Below are positions 41,830-55,739 of a stretch of 64,000 nt of DNA, one piece after another. The notes under the pieces are model-generated. The model saw only the letters and a program-made list of their open reading frames with translations. It was not told the DNA's origin and made no database searches. The DNA is taken from contig CAVNZM010000001.1 in assembly GCA_963693365.1 (NCBI GenBank), positions 10,566,161-10,630,160 on the forward strand. The letters are read 5' to 3'. Both the position numbers and the translations under genes were made by a program. The number at the start of each line of letters is the position of its first letter. Positions within the stretch are counted from its first letter, which is position 1. Source of the stretch: Amoebidium appalachense (Eukaryota; Protista; Ichthyosporea).

Positions 41830-42552
41830 CTTCCCGCCTTCCCCCTCCCCCCCCCCCCCCTCCCCCCCCCCCCGCCCAGGGGCCCCCTGGGGCTCGAGTC
41901 CGCCCCCTTCCCACGCCCTCTCCCCCCTCCCCTTCCCGCCTCCCCGCCTCCCCCTCCCCCCTCCACCCCCCCCTTCCACCCCCCCCCCTCCCCCCTCTTC
42001 CCCTCCCCCCCCCCCCCCCCCCCTCACCACCTGCCCACCTGCCCGGTGACCCCCTCCCCTCGAACTCTTCTGCGTGTGCGCGTCTGCACGAGTGTGTTGT
42101 ACGCATGCACCTGTGTGTGTGGGTGTGTGCATGTGTGTATGTATGTGTGTGGGTGTGTGCATGGTTTGGGTCGTGGAAGGGAGAGGTGGGGGGCCGATCT
42201 CGAGGTGGAAGGGTCGGAGGAGGAGGGAGAGGGTGAGAAGTGGGAGGAAGGAGGGAGAAGAGAATGTAATATACGATACATTATAATGTTATGATGCAAT
42301 ATATGATCCAAGGTGGGAAGCACAGACCGTACAAAGTCGAAAGAGGCGACAAATGAATATCTAAGCAGGGGGCCTTACATAGAACACGTGTTTATGTTGT
42401 CGACATAAAAGCTGCAGGTTTCCACAAATGTGCACACAGTGCTGGTTGCACTGCAACGCTAACGATTGGTCAACAATGACTTTTTTATTTATTTATATTG
42501 AATTCTTATTGAAAATTGGCGCATCAGACAGGGCTAAATGGATATCAATGAG

Positions 42553-42683
42553 ACAGTTGCCGTAGACACAACGAGATAGTCGCTGAAATAGCTCCACTGG
42601 ATATCCAACGAGATATTTAGTACAGTTGCCATAGAGACAATGAGATAGTCGCTAAGATAGTGTGACCAGGTATCCAACGAGAT
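42553..42683. repeat. 69-bp tandem duplication, each unit carrying an RFX X-box-like motif
   Basis: GTTGCCGTAGACAC at 42556-42569 and GTTGCCATAGAGAC at 42625-42638. Confidence 0.6.
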
Positions 42684-42922
42684 ATACCAAAAACGAAAAT
42701 TCTACCGTAGGGCTGCTAAAAGCTGCACGTATGAGCTCAACGACGGCCCGGTCAACAATTGCTAACCTGTTAGCCATGCAAGAGTAAAGTGCATAAAAAA
42801 CATCATACTTTCGGCTCTCAACAAATATTCTAGGGTAGTCATATTGGTGAATTCCAGCCCTAAAAAGGTAGTTTAAAAATTAAAATAGCAAAAAGGGGGT
42901 TTTCGCTTATATACTATTTACT

Positions 42923-42979
<57 letters not shown>

Positions 42980-43367
42980 AAAAGAAAAAAAGACACACAT
43001 ACAAAAAAAAACATCTGCTCACCGTAGTAATAATGACTCTGCCATGTAAACATGTATGTTGCTGGCATGCTGAATGTTCATTAGCAGCAACATTGTGATG
43101 TTCAAAAAACACGGGATATTCTCTTTCGGATTTTCGTTTTTCCCGTTTCCGTGACCACAACTTGTATCACTTTGTGCATGGAACAACAGGGAATGTTGTT
43201 GGAGCTATTGCCGTCTCGGAAATCTTTTGGTGGTCCAAAGGCCAGCAATACGGTCTCAGACTTTCAAAACAGTGTTTTCCCGGCGCAAATAGTCGATACT
43301 TGAATCTGTCTACAATAAGAAGACGTGTCCTGCAATTCGTGGAATCGCACACACCGGTGCCCGCGCA

Positions 43368-43628
43368 AACTGAATGACGGTGAAATAAAACTGAAAACTG
43401 AAATAGCAAACTGAATGACAGTGGAATCAACTGAAAATCGAAATAGAAAACTGAATGACAGTGAAATCAAACTGAAAATTGAAATAGAAAACTGAACGAT
43501 GTGTGAAGTCAAACTGAAAATTGAAATAGTAAACTGAATGACAGTGAAATCAAACTGAAAACTGAAATAGAAAACTGAATGACAGTGAAATCAAACTGAA
43601 AACTGAAATAGAAAACTGAATGACAGTG
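43368..43628. repeat. 42-bp minisatellite, ~6 copies
   Basis: Unit AAACTGAATGACAGTGAAATCAAACTGAAAACTGAAATAGAA. Confidence 0.95.
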
Positions 43629-43629
43629 A

Positions 43630-44218
43630 GATAAAATGCCGGGCTTTTCCACACGTCGGGGGAAATTGCAACTGCCCCAACGTCTTCCCAGTAAACCAAA
43701 AGTGCCGTTCAAGACGCGAAATCAAGCATTATTGCCCAAGCCGATCCGCAGAAGTTAATTATGGATAGTGGTAGGTGGCACCAGTTGTTTTTCATCCTTG
43801 GGATATTCTGCGCGTATACGTAGAACTGTGAAGAAGTACGCGGCAGCGACCATATCAAGACGAGGCACACAGCAGCAAAAACGCAAACCCGACGACATTC
43901 GACCCGACCCGAAATGCTTTGGCCTCAGAACACATCCGAGTCGAGTCGAGTATTTCCCATCACCACCGAACATACCCATGCGGACATAGTGAAACGTATA
44001 CGAGAAACGGAGGTTAGGTATAGGACGTGCAATACTTCTCCCCACACTTCTGTATGACCGCAATCTTCAGGCCCGGGGTTCTTAACATAGAAAAGGTCAT
44101 CTATGCGCTGTAACCCATCCACTCCCCTCACCGGTATGATACCCCGTGCCATTCTGCCGGAGAATAAGATCACTAGGAGAACGCTAAATAATAAGCTACC
44201 TTTAAACCCCTTTGCCAT
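43630..44218 (-). pseudogene. Possible frameshifted gene for a secreted protein
   Basis: ATG followed by a signal-peptide-like segment (MAKGFKGSLLFSVLLVILFSG); overlapping ORFs in different frames; no family recognised. Confidence 0.3.
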
Positions 44219-44329
44219 CTCCCATATATATATTATAGGCCATTATGTTAATTCCACCTCCCCCCCCCCCCCCCCCCCCCTCCCCCCAACACATCCCCTC
44301 TTCCTCCTCCTCCCCCCCCCCCCCCCCCC

Positions 44330-44366
<37 letters not shown>

Positions 44367-45008
44367 AACAACCACATCCCTCCGCCCCAGCAACAACCAG
44401 CAACCCCACCTGAACTACCCCTCACGTCTAGGAGCGATGTTTAATGTTCTGTTGCGCATGCGAGAACCGGTCGCCAAGTTGTATTTTTGCTGTGGCATGA
44501 CATGCGTAGAGACTCGGTGTACACCTACTAGTGCAAACGCATGTGGATGTGTGGTGTTATTTTGGCAGAATGTGTACAATGTTTGTGGTTATAGTTGTAA
44601 GGCACGATGATGAGGGGGGTTAGAATGCATTACAGGATACCAAGTACATTTTCATAACAGACAACACAAAGCAGATTGCAAACAACACATAAAGAATAAG
44701 CATCAGAAGCAGAGCACCATTCTCAGGAGGCGCCAAAGTCATTCAAAAAACCCAATTTCCGACCCATTCACCTCGCATGCAAAACCCAACTCAGATACAG
44801 CTTGAACATCATTGGGTCAGAAAGGGGAAAGGGGGGGGGGGGGGGGGGGAGGGGAGGGGGGGGAGGGGGGAGGGGGGGGGGCGCGGGGCGGGGGGAGGGG
44901 GGGGGGGGGGGGGGGGATGTAATACTTCATAGTCTGAAAGTGTAGCCCACGACTTGACTCATGAGAATGAATTCGGACCTGGTCTAGGGACCCATTCCCA
45001 TCACATCA

Positions 45009-45098
45009 ATAAGCTTCCCTGTGGTTGGGTGGTGGTGATGGTGTGTGTGTGATAAGCTTCCCTGTGGTTGGGTGGTGGTGATGGTGTGTGTGTGTGAT
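45009..45098. repeat. 43-bp tandem duplication
   Basis: ATAAGCTTCCCTGTGGTTGGGTGGTGGTGATGGTGTGTGTGTG x2. Confidence 0.9.
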
Positions 45099-45200
45099 AG
45101 TTGCAAAATGCAGAGACAAAAACCAGAGAACACAAGCGCGGGCAGGATCAACGGAGAGTCTCAGAAACAGAGGCAGGGATGACCTTCAAGGATAATGCCG

Positions 45201-45231
<31 letters not shown>

Positions 45232-45302
45232 CTTTTTTGGCTGCCTGCTTTTGGGAGATAGGAGTCCGTGAGTTCGGAAAAGGGGCCAGTGGGGTGGGTC
45301 TT

Positions 45303-45346
<44 letters not shown>

Positions 45347-45833
45347 ACTAAGGGAGGGAGGGGGGGGGGGCTTTACGCGGATTTCAGGGCCATCAACGAC
45401 TCCATTTGCAGCGCCGAGAGCGCAACCGAGGTCCCTTGCTTCTTTCTTCCCTGCATCCATCTGTCAAAATGCAAAAAGAACGAGGATGGGTGTGGTTTGG
45501 GAACACGGAAGTTAAACTAGTAGCCTGGTGTTTTGGCGACTTAGTCACCCAAAAGGAGACAACCAAAGCAACAAAATGAGAGAAGCTAGGTTGGTAGAAC
45601 TTTCTAACTGAAACGTATAGCTATAGGAGGACTATATTGTGCATTGCCCGATGTCGTTAGAAGCCCGGTTAAATGATGTTTTCTGTTTTTTTGGACTGCC
45701 TTTGCGAAGTGGTCTTTTGTCGGAGTCGTCTCTTTATAGGTGGGCGATTACGTAATAGCGGGATGACACCAGGGTAGAAATTTGGCCCAGGGTAGGAAAT
45801 GGTGTGTGTGTGCGTGTTGTGTGCACGTGTGTT

Positions 45834-45885
<52 letters not shown>

Positions 45886-46670
45886 CGCGTGCATGCGTAT
45901 GTGTGTCGCGGGGGGGGGGGGGGGGGGGGGAGGGGGGATGGGGGGGGCGGGTAGGTTTGGGTGCAATTGCCTGTGTGTGTGGGTGCGCTTGCGTGCTTGC
46001 GTGTGTGTGCGTGTGCGTGTGCGTGTACAATACGTGCGTGCGTGCGCGCGTGCATGCATGCGTGCACGTGAGTGTGCCTGCGTACGTGCCCGTGCGTGCG
46101 TGCGTGCGTGCGCGTGCGTGCGTGTCCGTATCCTGAAGTGTGTGCGTGCGTGTGTGTGCCGGTGTGTGTTGTGCGTGTGTGTTCGTGCACGTGCGCGCAC
46201 GTGTTTGTGTATGTGTGCGTGTATGCGTGACTGTGTGCGTGTGTTGTTGGTGTGTGTGCACGCGTCTGCGTGCGTGTGTATGCGTGTGTGCGTGTGTGTG
46301 TACGTGTGCGTGCGCGTGCGCGTGCGCGTTCGTGTGTATGTGTGTGCGCGCACGTGTGTGTGCGTGTTTGTTGTGGTGTCTTTTGTTGGTCCGGCTTACC
46401 AAAGCGATGGAACAGGTGGCAATTTAAAGATATGTGCACAGAAAAATGTAGAGACACGAATGACATATAATGTGCAAGCACAAGGGTGCACAAAATGCGC
46501 TACTGTTTCATAGTGTGCAGAATGATTTGTTTCACTGTAGTCCTCGTAGCCAAGAAGGATGATCGTGAGACTATGGAGTAAACTTGGGGGGAAATTTGAC
46601 AGTGTGGGGAGGGGAGGGGGAGGGGGGAGGGGGGGGGGGGGGAGGGGAGGGGGGGGGGGGGGGGGGGGGG

Positions 46671-46717
<47 letters not shown>

Positions 46718-47429
46718 TTTCGAATTCAAGTGGTGTTGGTGTAGATGTACCTCTGAAGAATGTTCCGGGTGATAATATGAACAGAGACCGATACAAAATA
46801 ATTTAAAAGTGTTTATAATAATGCACGTACACACAGGCAGCCCACACGGCAAAGCGGCCAGAATGTGTGATACTGCTGAATGTATACACAAACTCAAGAA
46901 ATACCCAGGATGAACCTCAACTTTTACAATTGAAGAGCTGAAAAAATCAACTTCCTCACTGGGGACCCTACATATAAACATAGTAAGGGAGCCCCGGCAT
47001 GGCTACATAATACCGTGAATTTGTCAAATTGTCCAAAAACGAAAAAAAAAACTAAGCTAATGTTTTACACTTTCAGGAGTTCAAGTCAAGGACATACACA
47101 TTAAAGTATCGGTAAAATCACACTTCAAACCACAATGCTACTCAAGTGGTGTACCTCGCACCGTATATACACAATGAGCTCGACAAGTCCTACTACTCAG
47201 CATTCTTCTTTATATCAAACTTCTTCCTCAGATAAATATTTATAATTCATAAAATAAAACATACAAATAATATAATAAATACCGCACTGAACGATATAAT
47301 AAATACTGAATAAATAAGGCTTTTTAAATAATTATATAATAAAACATATAAGTATTGAACAAATACTTTTAAATAATATATCAAATACAGAAACTCGTCA
47401 TTCCCCTTGACACCCCATTGCTCTTTCCA

Positions 47430-48986
47430 CTACTGGGAACTTTTATGATGTTTTTTCTGGTGCGCTTTCCGGTTGGGGGAACTGGCGAACCTTTCACTGC
47501 ATCCAGAAATGTCGCATACATACGGTTTCTCCTTCGTGTGTGTGCGCTTGTGAACGGTCAAATTGCTACGCGACTTGAACGACGCTAAACATCCCGTATA
47601 TGTGCACTCATACAGCCTCTCACCCGTGTGGCTCTGCTCGCGTTGCTGGAAACTTAACACACGTCCCGGAGTAGTTTTTTATAGATTTGGTTGAAAAGGT
47701 CGAGTTGCACCCAGGATAGGTGCACTGGTGGGGTTTCTCCCCTTTGTGTGCCTGCTGGTGTCTAGCCAAGCTACCCGATTGCGCACAGCGAAACGTGCAA
47801 CCATCAAACTGGCAAACGAAGGGTTTTTCTCCCGTGTGCGCGCAAGAATGATTCTGAAGAGTTATGTGTTGAGCGAATCTTGCACCACAGCCCGCCTCTG
47901 TGCAACGGAATAGCTTCTCCCGTGTGTGGGTCCGATCGTGCCTTGCCAAGGCGCTTGAATAGTCAGTAGAATATCTGCACCCGGTCACAGTATTCGCATT
48001 TGTATCTTCTACGCTGAGTGACACATTTTCGCTTTCCTAATTTGGCACGGTACGCTTTGGGGGTTATCTTTTTTTCTCTGCCACTCTCGCTTAACTCATG
48101 GCCCCCCCTTTTTTCTGCGCTTTTCTCTGAAACTTCCTTCTTCTTGCTTCTCTTTTCCATGGGTCGGGTTTGATTTTCTGGCGCTTTGTTGGTAGGTGTT
48201 TGGCACGTTTGCGTTTCTTTCCTTTGGAGGGCGCCTGGCGTGATTCCCGTGTGGGTGATATAATTTCTGTCGATGTGTCTCTCGGTCCTGTGTGCGTGGC
48301 GGTTTCTATGACTGTCGCTGCTAACTCTGTGCCTGTTTCGTTCACCGTGACCTCGGGCTCCTCCTTCTTCAAGTTACATGTGCACGGGGTCTGTGTGGGG
48401 GGATGGGTACTGCAGGCTGAGCCAGTTGGGGCCTCCTCGATTTCGGTTTTGAATGCCACATGTACATGTGGCTCGGACTTGCAAGTGCACGGCGGTGCAC
48501 GTTGTGTGGTGAGGCGTGGGTTGGTGTGTGTGTTGCCTGCGTTAACCGTTGAATGTACGTGTGTAGTTCGCTCTCCTGTGTGTGTGGTGGTCCCTACAAC
48601 TGTCGCTGCTAACTCTGTGCCTGTTTCATTCGAATTCACCGTGGCCTGAGGCTCTTCCTTCTTACAGGTGCACGGAGTATGGGTGGGGGGGTGGGTACTG
48701 CAGGTGACTGTGAGCTCGACTTCAGGTTTGACTGCCACATGTGCATGTGGCTCGGACTTGCACGTGCACGTTACCGGTGGTGCACGTTGTGTGGTGGGGC
48801 GCGAGTTGTTGTGTGTGGTGCCTGTGTTAAACATATGCGTGTGTGCCAGGGTTGCCTCTGATTGATTTGGGAACATGTACATGGTTCTTGCGTGCCCCCT
48901 TCGTGTTTAACTGTAGGTTTTATCTTGCATGTGCACGGGCAGGGGGTGGTGTGTGTAGTGTGCTCTGTGGTCGACTGTGCGTTCAT
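47430..48986 (-). pseudogene. Intronless tandem C2H2 zinc-finger gene (~6-7 fingers) with a repetitive N-terminus, frameshifted
   Basis: C-x4-C fingers with HTGEKP/HKGEKP/HTKEKP linkers; basic NLS-like stretch; five overlapping ORFs joined by ~4 frameshifts; AT-rich 3' flank. Confidence 0.88.
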
Positions 48987-49768
48987 TTTTGTGTTTAGCG
49001 CAAAATCTCAATCAGCGGGAGTGAGGGGTACTGGTACACGGTGTAGTGACTTAAACCGTGAATGATAAAGTGGCCTAGTAAATGTTTGAATGACAGTGTG
49101 AAACCTCTCTTAGTGACCTGATAAAACAAAATTTTCCCTCACAGTGCAAAACGTTTGAAAACTCTGTTCAATTGAAAACCATCTAGAAAGAATCGTGCAG
49201 AGAGTAGGAGGAAATTTTTTTCTCTTGACTGGGATTTATTGATCCGTGGTCCAGTGGATATGAAGGCAACGTGCAGCCACAGGCTACATGAGGAAATTTG
49301 AAAGGGGAAAAGTAGTAAAAAGTCCGTTCAAAATGAGCCCGTTTAAAGCTTGCACAATGCATATGCCAGTGATTTATTGTGGCAACGGGATTCATTGCAA
49401 AATATCGTGTTGCACTGCTGTCAGGTGATTTGTACCGTCATTAGCAAAATGCAATGATGATGCATCGATCATGGCCGGCCACGTTACATACACACACGTG
49501 TACATGTCACGTGTACGGGGGTGCGCCCATATATGAAGCTGCCTGAAGTACTAACAGATCATGGTCCGGCACAAACAAAAACAAAACAAAAAGAGAAACA
49601 AGGGTGATTAAACTATTCAGCTGAAGCCTATAGCTGTAAGAGGACTAAATCATGCATTGTATGTTTGAAGCTCGATATGTTTTTTGGAAGTGAACCCCGG
49701 CCCCCCGGGGTGGTGGCGGTGGTGGTGGTGGTGGTGATGATGGTGGTGGTGGTGGTGGTGGTGGTGGT

Positions 49769-49812
<44 letters not shown>

Positions 49813-50171
49813 CTGCTTTCTGTCTGTGTACGTGTATGAGCGTTACGCTCAAGTCTAGTCATGTTCGTAGAGCATATACACCAGATGTTGAACCGACTAA
49901 CCGGAAGTATGCACATCTGGCTCGTAGTTTAAATAGTAACATTCCTGCTTTTTTATTTACTTTAAATTTTATTCGTACTTTTCTAGTAGTTTCACAAAAA
50001 CTTTTTTTTGCGTGCCAAACCTTCCCGCCCAAATTTCCATATTTGGCCTATCGCTGCAATCGCGCGCGACTTATTGGTGCATGCGAAAATATTTTTGAGA
50101 TTGCGATATTCTTGCTTTTTCAGTAGTTTTATATACCCATCCCAATATATATATATATATATGGCCAAAAT

Positions 50172-50556
50172 TCTCAGCTCATTGGCAGAGTCAACCTTTC
50201 TCGAGCAGAATTGTTCTGCAAAACGCAGAATTATGCAGAATTAATCTGCTAAGCCAGAATTATTCTGCTCAAAAGCAGAATTGTCGTGAAAACAGCAGAA
50301 TTATTCTGCTAAGAGCAATTTTTTTCTAATTAAAGCAGGTTAATCCTGCTGCCGGGAGAAGAATAATTCTGCTCTTTGCAGAACAATTCTGTTAAAGGCC
50401 GAAATATTCGGCTAAGAGCAGCAGAATCATTCTGCTTTTTGCAGAGTGATTCTAATTGAGCAGAATAATTCTGCCCTTATCTGCTTTATTAGAATAATTC
50501 AGCTTTTAGCAGAATAACTCTGCTCGGAGTAAGTTGACTCTGCCGATGTGGTTGGG
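50172..50556. mobile_element. MITE-like element related to 30270-30790
   Basis: TIRs CATTGGCAGAGTCAAC (50180) / GTTGACTCTGCCGATG (to 50548); interior tiled with GCAGAAT(A/T)ATTCTGC palindromes. Confidence 0.7.
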
Positions 50557-50695
50557 TTCTACTTGACCACTAGCATATTCTTATTGGCGGGTATTCCTAA
50601 TGGCAGGCATCATCGGTGTGTGTGTGTGTGTGTGTGTGTGTATGGGTGTGTGTGTGTGTGGGTGTGTGTGTGTGTGTGTGAAAGGGTGAATGTGT

Positions 50696-50743
<48 letters not shown>

Positions 50744-52093
50744 ATGCGTGCCAACCTTTGTGTGGGTATGCATGCCTGTATGTGTGTGTGCATGCCTGTG
50801 TGTGTGTGTGCGTGTGCGTGTGCGTGTGCGTCTGCGTGTGCTTGTGCTTGTGCTTGTGCTTGTGCTTGTGCTTGTGCTTGTGCTTGTGCTTGTGCTTGTG
50901 CTTGTGCTTGTGCTTGTGCCTGTGCGCGTGCGCGCGTGAGCGTATCACAGTGTGTGCGCATATATGTGCCGGTTGACTGTGCGTGTGTGGGTGTGTGCGT
51001 GTGTGTGCCTGTGTGTGTGCGCACGCATGTGCGTGCCGTGTGCGAAAGAGAGAGAGAGTGTGTGTGTGCCTGTGCCTGCGTGTGGGTGCATGTGCATGTA
51101 TGTGTGTGCATGCGCGCGCAGCGCGTGTGTGTCTGTATTAATGTGGTGTTTTTTGTTGGCTATCCCGGCCCCCATGGCGATCCCCTCCCCACCACCTCCC
51201 ACCACCACCACCACCACAACCCCCGCACTCAAATACACACAAAATAAACGAACAAGCACCCGCAGACGCTTTCTCACATCGACCCACACATCACGCCAAC
51301 ACTTTTACTATCAGATGGCTACCTATGAAATAATGTTCTGATCATACTATTCAGTATCATAATTTCAAATTTAAAGATTCAGGTCGGCTATCCATTAAAA
51401 ACCATCAAAACCCCACATGCAGTACGAATACAAATGCTGCCGGGTTTTGGTGGACCTAAAGAATACTTATATATCATAATGATTTTTATGCCGTTGCCCT
51501 TTTTCGGCTGCTGGAGTAATATGAATATGTACAGCACCCATATGGTGATATGAATACTTACGTTGCAATCATATGCTGAATCACTAATCATGCACCCAAC
51601 CCCAGTATTCCACGCTCCGTATACAGATCTAATCATAGAAACACTATAGCGGTTATCATGAATTCGAAAGGTGCTCTATTATTAGCACGAAATCGAAATC
51701 ACGTGCATCAGCATAGCGATTATGGGGAGGGGGACCCCTTCACTCACTATGTGCTCTCGTATATTACCTTCCCCATGTTATTCTCCCTATTAACCTAGCA
51801 CAGGAGTGAATGATGGGTGTCGATAAAAAAATTTATTGGATGGGTAAGTGCGACACACAAGGTGCTACACATGATATCGATCTGTAAGAATATATCATGG
51901 CTAAACACAAAAGGCATCGTGCAATGCCGCAGTCGTAGAGCCCCCAAAACAGTACCACAAGAAAAAACATATGGGTATAACACAGTAACACACACTGTTA
52001 TTCCCATCATCAACCTAAACCACAACTTGCGAATGATCCACTGATTACATCGCACACAAAATAAACGAAAATTAAAATAAAACAAAATTATAG

Positions 52094-52419
52094 CTAAACA
52101 CCCTCACCCACAGTAAGATTAGGTGCGCTTCTAGGTACCGCCAAAGTAGTAGATGCAGAACCCCCGGAAACGCTCCCCGATGGTCGCGATGGTCTAGGGC
52201 TCTTGAAACCCCTTCTAATCGACGTTCGGGTGTTGTTGAATCGCGCAAATGGGCTGCGTGGTACGCGGCTAATGGATTGGTTGGAGGAGGTGAGGAGGGC
52301 CAATAGACGTATCTGCTCTCTCTCTTTGGCCTTTTGGCGGTTGCGGATCACCTGTAGTTCCTTGAGACACTCGTGCAGCCGCTGTGTGTGTGTGTGTACG
52401 TGTTTGTGTGTGTGTGGGT

Positions 52420-52450
<31 letters not shown>

Positions 52451-54596
52451 GGGGAGGGGGAGGGGAGGAGGAGAGGGGAAGGGGAAGGTAGGGGTGGGTA
52501 GAGGTTTGGGGGGAGGTGGGGGCGAGAGAGGGGACGGGGGAGGAGGGCTTTGTGTGTAGGTATGTGCAAGCAAGCGGGTTTAAACGTGTGTGTGCATGCG
52601 TGTGTGCGTGAACGTGTGTGTTTGGGTGCACGTGTGGGAAGGGAAGGGGGAGAGAGAGAAAGAGAGAGAGAGAAGGGGGGGGGGGGGGGAGGGGGGGGGG
52701 GAGGGGGGGTATGGTGGGGCAGCGACGGGTGGGGGGGGGGGAGCAATGTGGGTGATTGTGTAGAAACAGGCATGGGGAGAAGAGGAACAGCAGGGAGTAA
52801 AATAAAGGAAGATGTTAGATCTCTTGGTCCAAGTGTTGCTAATCATCAAACCTCCTAACAATTGTGCCGAATGGGGGGGTTTTTCCGAAAGTGGTGTTCT
52901 ATATAGGTGGGGTCCCATACACGTAGAATTCAAATTCACATGTGATCAGGAGACTTCCTCCATTTAGCCTCCATATAAACGACGGAAAATTGGGCTTTGC
53001 CCATGCAGTTCGTTGTTTTACAAATACCCCCCTCTCCCTCCTGCCCCTGTATGTGCAGATGATGTAGTTTTAGATGCAGATGTGTTTTTGTGTGCAAGTG
53101 TGTCTAACGAGACACAGGCTTACCGGGGGGAAAGGGGGGGGGGGGGGGGGGGGGGGGGGGAGGGAGGGGGGAGAGGGGGAGGGGGTGATGTATGCGTTAG
53201 AGGGTTGGAAATATGGAGGAGACAACAACGAGCATCAACAAAACGTCACAAAAGTGAGACGGGAGGGGGGGAGGTTCCCTTCTCCAAATCCCGACAGCAA
53301 AACAAAACAGGGATCCATATTTGCCGTTAGCAACATAAGGGTACCCAACCGAGATATTTTCGAATCTTCGAAACACGGGGGAAAAAAAAAAATCACCCAC
53401 CGGGCAGTACCGTTGAAAACCACACAAATACCCTTCTACTCGGACGCCTGTGCGCACACAGACACACCAACCCATCCACACACTGCCCCACACCTGCACC
53501 CCATTCCATTCAAACACACACACACACACACGCACACACCGATTTACCTCTCTCCCCGGCGAACCACACAAGCTCATGTCTCCATGGGCATGCACACACA
53601 AATCGACCCCCTCCCCCCCCCCCCCCCTCCCCCTCCCCCCCTTCCCTCCCCCCCCTCCCCCCTCCCCCCCCCCCAAAAAAAGAAAACCACTACCACCACC
53701 ACCAGCACACACACACACACAACCATACACACACCTACACCCCAATTACTCACCGACACAGCCACAAAACACACAAACACACAAACACGCACAAACACAA
53801 CACACACACACTCTCAAGCACAGCCAGAGAGAGTGAAAAAACGACAGAAGACAGAGACAGAATCATAAATCGATAGAGACAAAAAGATAAAATATAAATT
53901 AGCAAGACCAAAAAAAACTTTTACAGACAGGGAACGAGTCCACCCTCACGCATGCACCTACCCCGAGTGTATTTGTATCATTCTCATTCTCCAGCTAGAG
54001 CGGGTGGCATAAAAGATAAAGAGGCAGAGACACACACAGACATTGATAGGGAAGAGATAAAAGGATGAAATATCAAAACCAGAAAGGAAAAAAAAAAAGA
54101 AAGAAAGACACTCTTGCACATGCACCTACACCTACCCCGAGTGTGTTTGTATCATCCTCATCTTCCATTGTAGTTGCCGGTGCATTTGTGGCCGTGGCCG
54201 TCATCTTGCTCCGGTTGTAATCGTTCACTGCTTCTAAAAAGGCCTGACCAAGCACGGTCACAGGAAAAGCAATCACCACCAGCGCTGCAATCATAGTCAG
54301 CGTGGCTACCAGCCGCCCTAGAAGTGTCTTGGGGAACATGTCTCCGTACCCCACTGTGTATGTGTGTGTGTGTGTGAGGGGAGACAGGGGAGGGGGTGGG
54401 CGGTGGGGAGGGAGGGGGGTTTGATGGCGCGGGGCGGGGGGGGGGGGGGGGGGGGGGGGGAGGCACTGTGTAAGCGTGTGTGTGTGTGTGGGGGGGGGGG
54501 TAGGGAGGGAGGACGTGTGTGTGTGGGGAGGAGGAAGGGACTGGGGAAAGGATGTGTGTGTGTGTGTGTGTGTGTTGGTGTGTGTGCGCGCGCGCC

Positions 54597-54656
<60 letters not shown>

Positions 54657-55689
54657 CGTTTGTGTATATTGTGTGTGTGTGCACTGGTGTGTGCTGTGCA
54701 TGTGTGGATGTGTGTGTGCATACACGGTGTGGTGTGTGTGTGTGTGTGTGTATGGCCATGTGTTTGTGCCTGTATGTGCATGTGTGTGTGTGGCTGGTGG
54801 TGGTTAGAACGAACTTAGCAGAATTAAGTATCAAGATACACTCCGATACCGACGGTGCAGAGTACAAGATGACATGTGAAAAAAAGAAAAAAAGGGTATT
54901 GGGGGGGGGGGGGGGGGGGGGGGGGAGGAGGGGGTAGGGAGGAGGGTGTGAGGATCGGAGGGGAAGGGGGGAGGGGGGGGGGGGGGGGGGAGCGGGGGGC
55001 TCAAAAAAGAGAACAGGAGAGGCCTTGTACCAGTGTGGGTTCATGGTGGGTTTGGGGGAAAAGGTTGGGGGGGGGGGGGGGGGGGAAGGGGGAACGAGCG
55101 GGAGGAAGAGGGGGAGGTGAAAAGAGGGTCGGAAGGGCCCAGGGGAGGGGGGTGGAGGTGGCGCAGGCGGGGGGGGGGGGGGGGGGGGGGCTATGTGTTG
55201 TGCGTTAATGTTTGTCGCGTGCTGTCAGGGCCCGTTGCATGTTAAAATGTTCGTTTGCTTTTTCCTTTTTTAATTTTCATTTCTTTCATTTCTTCCTTTT
55301 ACTTTTGCTTTTGGTGGGGCAGCGACCGGCGGGGAAGGCGGTTGGGGGGGGGGGGGGGGGGGGGGAGGGGGGGGGGAGGGGGATTGGGGTGGGGGGAGGA
55401 GAGAAGCAGAAAGGGAGAGACTCCAGCGTAAACTTATGCGTTTGGAGGTGATGTTTTTATGATGTCAAACATGTCCCGGGGCCCCTATTTGCATCTCAGT
55501 GTCCCTCAGTTTGGAGCGTTGCAGATACACACAAGCACTAACACGGACCCAATCACAAGCCACAAACACAGTACTCAACCAATTACGCACTGGGTTACCA
55601 TAGCAACTGCATAACTCCAATCACGTGATCCGCCATCACAACGACACCCTACAAGCAAACACACACGACAAAAACCCCCTCTCCCCCTC

Positions 55690-55739
<50 letters not shown>

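Noticed and set aside
43368-43628. CRISPR-like array
   Set aside because: Head-to-tail repeats without unique spacers, no cas genes and a eukaryotic context.
52852-53375. Additional Kv exons in the last intron
   Set aside because: Not needed: 53962 joins 52381 in frame, and candidate splice sites are weak.
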